Shown piece after piece: positions 18,762 through 26,791 of a DNA stretch of 56,568 nucleotides (its first letter is position 1; each line of letters starts with the position of its first letter). This stretch comes from an uncultured Terriglobus sp. (GTDB taxonomy: Bacteria; Acidobacteriota; Terriglobia; Terriglobales; Acidobacteriaceae). The notes below the pieces were generated by a model that was not told where the DNA came from, did no database searches, and saw only the letters and a program-made list of their open reading frames with translations. Location: contig CAXTNL010000003.1 in the NCBI GenBank assembly GCA_964245655.1, positions 1-56,568 of the forward strand, read 5' to 3'. Position numbers and translations under genes: made by a program.

Positions 18762-20256
18762 ACAGACCCACCACGAACCATGCGCTGGACGCATGATCCT
18801 GTCGCAAGCGCAACGCCTGCGCTGGCTCAGCCGTGACCACGTCCCACAGGTCGTGGTCCCAGGCCTCGCCGTCCCACCAGGAACCAGAGGTGTGCCACGG
18901 CCCGGCACAGCTGGCGATGATGACGCGCGCACCCTGCCACACCAGCTGCCCGGGCTGGTCGTCGCACAACGTCACACGTACCGCCTGTGGAGGCCGCATC
19001 CTGCGCACAGCCAGCCGTGACGGCAAGTGTCCCTGTGCAGGTGTCACAGCAGGCCGTGGCTGAAATGCGGAAACCGTAAACGCGTCTTCGCGGTGGCTGT
19101 TCTGCAGCTGCGGTGACCCCACGTTGCCCTCGCCCGCAATGGAGCGCAGCCGCGCAAGCAGTAGGTCTAGCTTGTCAGACTCTGGAAACTGGGCCTGAAA
19201 CAAACCGCGCTGGGCTGTCTGCGGCTGCGCCGGGTCAGCGTCGAGCGTAACGCGCATGATGCCAGCAGAGGGCGGATGCGCCTGCAACTCCAGGTTGAGC
19301 AGCTTTAGCAGCATGTCGCGGCTCTGCGTGGGCGAGGCGGGCCGCACAGCAATGTTGTATTCGCCACCACGCTCGAGTTGCAACGTGAGTTGCAACGCGC
19401 GCAGGGCGTATGCACGCTCCACAGCTTGACGAATCAGTGTTTCCAGCATGGGCGAAAGCACAAACAGCAGTGACTCCAGCACTTCCAACGGCGCATCCAG
19501 CATGGTGGTCGCAGAAAGAGCGAACTCTTCTTCTTCGGGCTGCAACAGGTGCTCGGCTTCGCCGCGGGCCAGCAACTGCAGCCTGCGGCCCGCCTGCCCC
19601 AACCGGCTGACCAGCGCGGCTTCGGGTAGAGCAGCCAGTTCACCCAGCGTGCGTATCCCCCAACGGCTCAGCACGGCCAGCGCGTTGCCACCGCAGGGCA
19701 GCAGCGAGGTGTGCAATCTTGCAAGATGCTGCCGCACACTCTGCCGGTCTGCGCAGACTATTCCACGTGTGCTGCGCGCCAGCAGCAACGCTGCCTCAGC
19801 GTTAGGTGCGCTTGCAACCCCGGCAAAGAAGCCGGCCGATCGCAGCTCGCTGTAAAGTGCCTCTCCGTATTGCTCGATCGAGCCGAACAGCCTGCCAGTC
19901 CCAGACCGGTCCAGCAACAAAACGACCGCTGGCTGCAACTGCCGCGCGTACTCGTTATCTGGCGATGCCAACGCCTCTACGCGCGGCGAAAAGCGGTTTG
20001 CCAGGTGCTGCACGCGAGCGTACGCAGCCTCTTCCTCTGCAGGCTGCCGTGGATGGAATGCTGCAGAGAAGCCCGCTTCTGCCTGCACCCTGCTCATGCC
20101 ATGGGCAATGCCCTGTTCCCCTGCCCTCTCACACCGGGCAAACACCCGCTCGTGCGGTGCGATGCCGCTCACCACAACACAGGGCAGGCGCTGCTCTGGT
20201 AAGTGGCACTGCCGGGCCGCTACCGGAAACTCCGGAATGTGTATCGCGGTAAACAT
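18754..20256 (-). CDS. imuB: ImuB, inactive Y-family polymerase scaffold
   Basis: FSPRVE, WGIRTLGELAALP, clamp-binding-like QRGLF, GPWHTSGSWW, terminal WFVVGLYD. It lies between imuA and dnaE2. Confidence 0.9.
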   Translation of the reverse strand: MFTAIHIPEFPVAARQCHLPEQRLPCVVVSGIAPHERVFARCERAGEQGIAHGMSRVQAEAGFSAAFHPRQPAEEEAAYARVQHLANRFSPRVEALASPDNEYARQLQPAVVLLLDRSGTGRLFGSIEQYGEALYSELRSAGFFAGVASAPNAEAALLLARSTRGIVCADRQSVRQHLARLHTSLLPCGGNALAVLSRWGIRTLGELAALPEAALVSRLGQAGRRLQLLARGEAEHLLQPEEEEFALSATTMLDAPLEVLESLLFVLSPMLETLIRQAVERAYALRALQLTLQLERGGEYNIAVRPASPTQSRDMLLKLLNLELQAHPPSAGIMRVTLDADPAQPQTAQRGLFQAQFPESDKLDLLLARLRSIAGEGNVGSPQLQNSHREDAFTVSAFQPRPAVTPAQGHLPSRLAVRRMRPPQAVRVTLCDDQPGQLVWQGARVIIASCAGPWHTSGSWWDGEAWDHDLWDVVTAEPAQALRLRQDHASSAWFVVGLYD

Positions 20257-20257
20257 G

Positions 20258-21385
20258 TCACCGGCCAGCCGCTTGCATCCATGCCGGGCTTGCGTCCCAG
20301 GCTGCCGCACGCCCGGGTGCCTTTTTCCCCAACGCAGGTGCTACCCGTTGCCGCGCAATCTCTGCCGTGCGCGACGCAGCCACCAACACTCCCTTTACCT
20401 TTGGCAACGACCCGGCACTGCACTGCAGCACACAAGCAGCGCTGGACCGCGCACACGGCTCACCGGTCAGCAGGAGCAGGATGGCATCGCTTTCCTGCGC
20501 CGCACGCCGAAAGCGGAACCATGTTGCAGACGGTACCCGCAGCGCTGCTTCGGCTGCCACAGACGCAAGGTCAAGCACAACGATGCGGAAGCCGCCCGAC
20601 TGCAGCACCTGGTCGGTGGCGCGCAACGCACGGTCCAATGCCTGCCATGGCTTTCTATCCGAGCCAGCCTGCGCCTTGACGGTGAGCGGCTGATTGGCGC
20701 GCTGCCTGGCCGATGCGGCAACCGCCTTGTCCATTTGCCGCAGAGGATCGCTTTCGTCCACCCGGCGCAGGTTGAAGCGCTCCCAATCCACCTGTTCCCG
20801 CGATGCGGTGTGCAGTCCAATGGGCTGGTTCGGGTGGCCGGGTGTGCCTTCCATCTTGCGGCGGCGTCGCTCATCCTTGTAAAACAGCATCTGCTCCAGG
20901 GCAGGCGCTAAGCCCTTGGTCTCGGTGCGTGGATGTGAACTGCCGCAACCGCTGCCAATGCGTGGCTGCCCGCCGCGTACCGGCTCGGCATGCCGAGCAG
21001 CGCTACGCAGTTGGCTCTCAGGCGTGCGGCTGTTGTGTGTAGGTGCAGCCACACGTATCCACAGCAGATTTGTAAGGTCCACACCGGCTGCCGCGGCACT
21101 CTCCGGCGAAAGAACGTCATTCCCATCGATGTATGCGCAGGCTGCCACTGCAGATGCCGTAGCAAGCACCGAAAGCGCAATGGACGTGCGGCCAGACCCT
21201 GCCGGGCCCGTCACCTCGCACACCGTGCCAAGCGGCAACCCACCACCCAGCAGTCCATCAAGGGATTCATTGCCAGTTGGGTGCAGCCGCGGGGCATGCT
21301 GCACTTGGGGCGACAACGCTCCAGGGATGCGGTTTGCCAGCCTGGCTTCGATGTCCTGCTTGAGAAGAAACGCGTTCCCTGCCAT
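20258..21385 (-). CDS. imuA: ImuA-type RecA/RadA-like protein with a large insertion
   Basis: TGNESLDGLLGGGLPLG, Walker-A-like GPAGSGRTS, AAAGVDLTNLLWIR, Walker-B-like RIVVLDL. First gene of the cassette. Confidence 0.82.
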   Translation of the reverse strand: MAGNAFLLKQDIEARLANRIPGALSPQVQHAPRLHPTGNESLDGLLGGGLPLGTVCEVTGPAGSGRTSIALSVLATASAVAACAYIDGNDVLSPESAAAAGVDLTNLLWIRVAAPTHNSRTPESQLRSAARHAEPVRGGQPRIGSGCGSSHPRTETKGLAPALEQMLFYKDERRRRKMEGTPGHPNQPIGLHTASREQVDWERFNLRRVDESDPLRQMDKAVAASARQRANQPLTVKAQAGSDRKPWQALDRALRATDQVLQSGGFRIVVLDLASVAAEAALRVPSATWFRFRRAAQESDAILLLLTGEPCARSSAACVLQCSAGSLPKVKGVLVAASRTAEIARQRVAPALGKKAPGRAAAWDASPAWMQAAGR

Positions 21386-21387
21386 GT

Positions 21388-21404
21388 GTTCGCCTTTTTT
21401 TCGC
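21388..21404. promoter_or_regulatory. Putative LexA (SOS) operator of the imuA-imuB-dnaE2 operon
   Basis: GTTC-gcctttt-TTTC is one mismatch from the GTTC-N7-GTTC box reported for Acidobacterium and Alphaproteobacteria. It also reads TTCGC-N6-TTCGC, and abuts the imuA start. Confidence 0.6.
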
Positions 21405-21555
21405 TTTCACGTGTAGAGCCTACCGCATGCAGCAGCGAAAAAGCTAACCTGTACTGCAGAGTGTGCAAAGGTGTTTCATTCAGGGACACTGCCCACATCT
21501 GCGCCGGTGTGGTTTCATGGAGGACACCACTCACTGCACCCGTGGAACGTTCTGC

Positions 21556-22422
21556 ATGTCCAAATACAGCAACACGAGAGCTGCGCACGTGCCGTCCAGG
21601 AGCAAGGCGCTGGCGTTGGCCGCGGTGCTTGCAGCCATGTCGTTCCACGTTGCCGGCGGGCAGGCCACAGTAGGTGCACCGCCCGCACCCGCGGCACAGG
21701 CCGCCTGGCCCATCTATGACGTCGTCTCCATCAAGCCCAATGACTCTGGCAGTGGCAGCAGCCACATCAATGCGTACGAAACCACCTTTCAGGCAAGCAA
21801 CATCTCGCTCGACTGGCTAATGGTAAACGCCTATGGCGTGCTCGATAACAATGTCTACGGCCTGCCCAAGTGGGCGGAGAAAGCACGCTGGGACATCAAT
21901 GCCAAGGTTGTGGACCCCGGTCCCAAGGTGCCGGAGGGCAGCCTTCCCTCTGAGGAGTACACAGCACGCTACCAGTACAAAATCCAGGCCATGCTGACTG
22001 ATCGCTTTCACGTCAAGGCGCACACGGAAACACGTGTGCTGCCCACGTATGAACTCGTGTTGCAACCAGGGCCGCTTCGCTTTACCAGGAGCACGCCAGA
22101 CGAAGACAGCAAGAGCGGCACCCGCTCCAGGAACCGCAACCTGACCGCAACCTCCATCACGCTGAAGACCATGGCAGAGTACCTAGCACGGCAGGTGGGC
22201 CGTCCTGTGGAGGACAAAACCGGCCTGGACGGCAAGTATGACTTTCACCTTCAGTGGTCCTCTGACGATCTCTCAGAAGCCGCGAAGGACACCGGCGCAA
22301 CGGACAGGCCACCAATCCTCACCATCGCACTGCAGGAGCAGTTGGGCTTGAAGCTGGTGCCTGGCAAGGGGCCAGTAGAGGTACTGGTGGTGGACTCTGT
22401 CGAGCCGCCCGTGGTGGATTAG
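21556..22422 (+). CDS. TIGR03435 (DUF3738)-like secreted protein
   Basis: Signal peptide, YDVVSIKP, GLPKWAEKARWDINAK, LTDRFHVKAH, RPVEDKTGLDGKYDFHLQW, ALQEQLGLKL...VLVVDSVEPP. Confidence 0.85.
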   Translation: MSKYSNTRAAHVPSRSKALALAAVLAAMSFHVAGGQATVGAPPAPAAQAAWPIYDVVSIKPNDSGSGSSHINAYETTFQASNISLDWLMVNAYGVLDNNVYGLPKWAEKARWDINAKVVDPGPKVPEGSLPSEEYTARYQYKIQAMLTDRFHVKAHTETRVLPTYELVLQPGPLRFTRSTPDEDSKSGTRSRNRNLTATSITLKTMAEYLARQVGRPVEDKTGLDGKYDFHLQWSSDDLSEAAKDTGATDRPPILTIALQEQLGLKLVPGKGPVEVLVVDSVEPPVVD

Positions 22423-22473
22423 CACTTTGTGGTTGACACACCGCAGTTCGTTCAACGAGCCTCTTAGAATCCG

Positions 22474-22508
22474 GAACAAAATTGTTCGAGCGTACGTACT
22501 ACTCGAAC
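22474..22508. promoter_or_regulatory. Overlapping inverted repeats, possible operator
   Basis: GAACAA-aa-TTGTTC (22474-22487) and GTTCGAG-N11-CTCGAAC (22484-22508), just downstream of TAGAAT (22465-22470). Confidence 0.4.
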
Positions 22509-22535
22509 GTCATGCTCTGTGGAAGGAGTGCTGCG

Positions 22536-23732
22536 ATGGCCTGGTTGCACAACTTGATAAAGCAACAGCAGTTGCTGAAAGCGCTGGCCATTGCGGGACT
22601 AATGCTTCCTGCCTTAACAGCCTCAGTTCACGTGGGCGAGGCACAGACATCTGCGCAGACCGCACCAGTCAGCGGCATTGACGGCACCTGGCAGGGTACG
22701 CTGCACGCGGGTAAAGACCTGCGCACCGTGCTCAAGATCAGCAAGGCACCGGACGGCAGCCTGCGTTCTGTCTTTTACAGCATCGACCAGGGCGGCCAGC
22801 CCATTCCTGTGAAAGCGACGACGTTTACCAGTGGCGAGTTGAACCTGCATGTCGACGCCATCGACGGCGTGTTTGTGGGCAAGATGTCGCCGGACAACAG
22901 CACCATTACGGGAGAGTGGCGGCAAGGTGAAAAGCCGCTGCCGCTCATCCTGGTGCGCGCCACCGCGGACACGGCATGGAACATCCCGGAGCCGCCGCCG
23001 AAAATTCCACCGATGGACCCCAAGGCAGACCCCAGCTTTGAGGTGGCTACCATCAAGCTGGGCGAACCCAACAGCCCCGGCAAGAACTTTGGCGGCCCTC
23101 CCGGCAAGTTTCAAACACGCAACACCACACTGAACGACCTGCTGATGTTTGCCTACCAGATCCAGATCAAGCAGATCATTGGTGCACCGGGCTGGGCTGA
23201 GTCTGAGAAGTTCGACATCATAGCCAAACAGGACACGCCCGGCCAGGCGACCGAAGCACAGACACGGGCCATGATGCAGAAGCTGTTGGTTGCTCGCTTC
23301 GGCCTCAAGTTCCACATGGACAAGAAAGAACTGCCAGCGTACGTTCTGTCTGTTGCAAAGGGCGGCCCAAAGCTCGAGAAGAGCGAAGGTGACCCGAACA
23401 CCCCAAGTGCGTTCTTTTTTCGTCAGCTTGGCAATTTGACCTTTCGCAATATCACCATGGAAGGGTTTTCCAAGTGGATGCAGACCGTGCTGGACCGCCC
23501 CGTGGTCAACCATACCGATCTGCAGGGACGCTTTGACGGTAAGCTGAAGTGGAACCCTGATGAGACCCAGTTTGCCGTCTTCGGCGTCAAGGTTACGCCC
23601 AGCGATGCGCCGGACGCCCCGCCCGACTTGTACAAGGCGATTCAGGAGCAGATCGGCCTGCGGCTCGACGCTGGCAAGCCGAATGTGGACGTGATGGTGG
23701 TCGACCACGTCGAAAAGCCGAGCGAAAACTAG
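22536..23732 (+). CDS. TIGR03435-like secreted protein with an extra N-terminal beta domain
   Basis: GGAAGGAG before ATG 22536. N-domain IDGTWQGTL...YSIDQG...ITGEWRQG, then SFEVATIK, RPVVNHTDL, AIQEQIGLRL, DHVEKPSEN. Confidence 0.85.
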   Translation: MAWLHNLIKQQQLLKALAIAGLMLPALTASVHVGEAQTSAQTAPVSGIDGTWQGTLHAGKDLRTVLKISKAPDGSLRSVFYSIDQGGQPIPVKATTFTSGELNLHVDAIDGVFVGKMSPDNSTITGEWRQGEKPLPLILVRATADTAWNIPEPPPKIPPMDPKADPSFEVATIKLGEPNSPGKNFGGPPGKFQTRNTTLNDLLMFAYQIQIKQIIGAPGWAESEKFDIIAKQDTPGQATEAQTRAMMQKLLVARFGLKFHMDKKELPAYVLSVAKGGPKLEKSEGDPNTPSAFFFRQLGNLTFRNITMEGFSKWMQTVLDRPVVNHTDLQGRFDGKLKWNPDETQFAVFGVKVTPSDAPDAPPDLYKAIQEQIGLRLDAGKPNVDVMVVDHVEKPSEN

Positions 23733-23734
23733 GC

Positions 23735-26700
23735 ATGACCGTTCGCTCCCACTTCAAAGTGCGCAGCTGCGCAGCATCGGTGTTGGCCCTCACCGCGGGT
23801 GTGGCGAGTGCAGCGGAATACCATGGGCGCGTCCTGTTCTCAGGCCTGCCTGTGCCAGGCGCTACCGTGACGGCCAGCCGCAATGGGCAGACCCTATCCA
23901 CCGTCTCGGATACGCAGGGCCTGTTTCAATTTCCTGACCTGGCTGCGGGGCAGTGGGGCATTACAGTCCAGATGTTCGGCTTTGCCCCGGTGGAGACCGC
24001 CGTCACGGTACCTTCAGCGACGGCCCCTGCGGTGGAATTGCAGATGCTGCCACTGGCAGACGTGCTGGCGCGCGCGGACAAGGCAAGCGCCGCACCCGTT
24101 GCCATCGCGGTGCGACCGGTGGAGCAGCCCATTGCGAAGAACACGCCCGCAGCCAACGAGAGCGCTCCACCGCCGCCCGCCAGCCCCGAACCGGACCGTG
24201 GCGCGGATGGCATGCTGATCAACGGCAGCGAAAACAACGCCGCGACTTCCAAGTACTCCATTTCACCCGCATTCGGCACGCGCCGAGCCGGCACAAAGGC
24301 GCTGTACACGGGCAGCCTGGGCGCGCAGTTGAGCAACTCCGCATTCGACGCGCGGCCTTACTCGCTTACGGGTCTCGAGGTGCCCAAGGCGTCGTACAAC
24401 CGCTTCACTGGAACCGCAACCATCGGCGGTCCGATACGCATCCCGCACCTCTTCTACAACGGGCCTAACTTCTTCGTCGGCTACCAGTGGACACGCGACC
24501 GCGAGGCAGACACATTGCCCGGCCTGGTGCCCACGGCGGCACAGCGCGCGGGTGACCTGTCTGGCACCGTCACCTCGCAGGGCACACCGGTGTCGCTGGT
24601 CAACCCGGCGACAGGCTTGCCGTACACCGGCGCCGTGCCCATCAGCCCGCAGGCCGCGGCGTTGCTGCAGCTGTACCCCCTGCCAAACCTGAGCGGCAAT
24701 ACGCGGTACAACTACCAGACCCAGGTGCTGAACAACACGCACGTGGACGCGCTAGAGAGCCGCCTGGACAAGAGTGTTGGCCGCCGCGATAGTTTGTACG
24801 GCGGGTTCGCGTTTCGCAGTCTGCGTTCCGACAACGAGAACCTGTTTCACTTTCGCGACACCCGCAACACGCTGGGCATCGACACCAACGTCAACTGGAC
24901 GCACCGCTTCCCGTACCAGATTCTGCTGGAAACAGGATTTCGCTTCAGCCGCCTGCGTACAGGGATAGAGCCGTTTTTCGGGAATCGCGCCAACATTTCC
25001 GCTAACGCGGGCATTAGCGGCAACGACCAGGACAGCCGCGACTGGGGACCGCCCAACCTCCAGTTCAGCAGCGGCATCGCCGGGCTCAACGATGTGCAGA
25101 GCGCGTTTAACCGCAACCGCACCGATGCTGTATTTGCGACCGGCACGTGGAACCATCGTAGGCATGTGGTCAAGGTGGGCTTCGACTTCCGGCGGCAGGA
25201 GTTCAACCAGTTGCAGCAGCAGAACCCGCGCGGCAACTTCACCTTTACTGGCGCGGCCACGCAAGGTGCAGGCACCACCGGCTCTGACTTTGCAGACTTC
25301 CTCTTCGGCGTGCCAGACACCAGCCAGATTGCTTTTGGCAATGCGGACAAGTACTTTCGCCAATCCGTCACCGACGTGTATGTCTCGGACGACTGGCGCG
25401 TGCAGCCAAACCTGACGCTGAATACCGGTCTGCGCTGGGACTACGGCGCGCCCATGACAGAGCTGAAAGGCAGGCTGGTGAACCTGGATGTGGCACCCGG
25501 CTTTGCAGCAGTGGCACCGGTGTTGGGCAGCAGCCCCACGGGCACGCTCACCGGGCAAATGTACCCGTCGTCGCTGGTGCGCCCCGACTACCGCAAGTTC
25601 CAGCCGCGAGTCGCGCTCTCGTGGCGTCCGCTGCCCACCTCGCCGCTGGTAGTGCGCGCTGGATATGGCATTTACGTGGACACGTCCATTTACCTGAACA
25701 GTGCGCAATCCATGTCGCAGCAATCGCCACTGTCCAAGAGCCTGAGCGTATCGAACAGCAACACCTGTCCGCTTACCTTGGCGAACGGTTTCCGTGATTG
25801 CACCGGAACTACCGCAAACACCTTCGGCATCGACCCAAACTTTCGCACAGGCTACGCGCAAACGTGGAAACTGTCAGCCCAGCAAGACCTGCCCGGCTCG
25901 CTGGTAATGACGGTCAACTACCTGGGCACCAAGGGCACACGCGGGCCGCAGGAGTTTCTGCCCAACACCTACGCGCCCGGTGCAACGGCCTTTTGCGCCA
26001 GCTGCCCTCGCGGATTCATCTATCGCACCAGCAACGGCGACTCCATTCGCCACGCGGGCGAGTTGCAGCTAAGGCGTCGCCTGCGCAGCGGGTTAACGGC
26101 AACGCTGGACTATGTGTACGCGCACTCCATTGACAACGTGTCGCTACTGGGTGGCAGCGGTTACACCTCGTTCGGCAGCACCACCGACGTGACGGATCCG
26201 GCGGAGTCGATTGCGCAGAACTGGCAAGACCTGCGTGCGGAACGCAGCCGCTCCAGCTTTGACCAGCGACACCTCCTGAAGCTCTCCGTTCTGTACACCA
26301 CCGGCGTGGGCGCGCGCGGCGGCACCTTCCTCACCGGGTGGCGCGGCACCCTGCTGAAAAATTGGACGCTGGGCAGCCAGTTCTCCGCGGGATCGGGCCT
26401 GCCGCAGACACCCATTTACCTGGCTACCGTGCCCGGTACCGGCTTTACCGGGGTCATTCGGCCGAATCGGGTTGCTGCGCCGCTGTACACCGGGCCTGCT
26501 GGCTATTTCCTGAATGCAGCCGCGTATTCTGCGCCCACGACTGGACAGTGGGGATCTGCCGGGCGCTATTCCATTGAGGGGCCAAACGCCGTGACACTCG
26601 ACTCGTCTGCTGCACGGACCTTCAAATTCCGGGATCCCACCAGCTTTGATCTGCGCCTGGATGCGGCTAACGTGCTAAATCACGTGGTCTACACCGGTTG

Positions 26701-26791
26701 GAACACCATCACCAACAGCACCACCTTTGGCCTGCCGGCCAACACGCGGGCCATGCGCACCGTGCAAATCAGCGGGAGGCTGCGCTTCTGA
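23735..26791 (+). CDS. Oar-like outer-membrane barrel with carboxypeptidase-regulatory-like domain, apparently lacking the usual plug motifs
   Basis: Signal peptide, VPGATVTA, Pro/Ala linker, DDWRVQPNLTLNTGLRWDY, RSRSSFDQRH, C-terminal RLRF. Confidence 0.82.
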   Translation: MTVRSHFKVRSCAASVLALTAGVASAAEYHGRVLFSGLPVPGATVTASRNGQTLSTVSDTQGLFQFPDLAAGQWGITVQMFGFAPVETAVTVPSATAPAVELQMLPLADVLARADKASAAPVAIAVRPVEQPIAKNTPAANESAPPPPASPEPDRGADGMLINGSENNAATSKYSISPAFGTRRAGTKALYTGSLGAQLSNSAFDARPYSLTGLEVPKASYNRFTGTATIGGPIRIPHLFYNGPNFFVGYQWTRDREADTLPGLVPTAAQRAGDLSGTVTSQGTPVSLVNPATGLPYTGAVPISPQAAALLQLYPLPNLSGNTRYNYQTQVLNNTHVDALESRLDKSVGRRDSLYGGFAFRSLRSDNENLFHFRDTRNTLGIDTNVNWTHRFPYQILLETGFRFSRLRTGIEPFFGNRANISANAGISGNDQDSRDWGPPNLQFSSGIAGLNDVQSAFNRNRTDAVFATGTWNHRRHVVKVGFDFRRQEFNQLQQQNPRGNFTFTGAATQGAGTTGSDFADFLFGVPDTSQIAFGNADKYFRQSVTDVYVSDDWRVQPNLTLNTGLRWDYGAPMTELKGRLVNLDVAPGFAAVAPVLGSSPTGTLTGQMYPSSLVRPDYRKFQPRVALSWRPLPTSPLVVRAGYGIYVDTSIYLNSAQSMSQQSPLSKSLSVSNSNTCPLTLANGFRDCTGTTANTFGIDPNFRTGYAQTWKLSAQQDLPGSLVMTVNYLGTKGTRGPQEFLPNTYAPGATAFCASCPRGFIYRTSNGDSIRHAGELQLRRRLRSGLTATLDYVYAHSIDNVSLLGGSGYTSFGSTTDVTDPAESIAQNWQDLRAERSRSSFDQRHLLKLSVLYTTGVGARGGTFLTGWRGTLLKNWTLGSQFSAGSGLPQTPIYLATVPGTGFTGVIRPNRVAAPLYTGPAGYFLNAAAYSAPTTGQWGSAGRYSIEGPNAVTLDSSAARTFKFRDPTSFDLRLDAANVLNHVVYTGWNTITNSTTFGLPANTRAMRTVQISGRLRF

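Noticed and set aside
22433-22470. TTGACA...TAGAAT as a sigma70 promoter
   Set aside because: The spacing is 26 nt, incompatible with one promoter.
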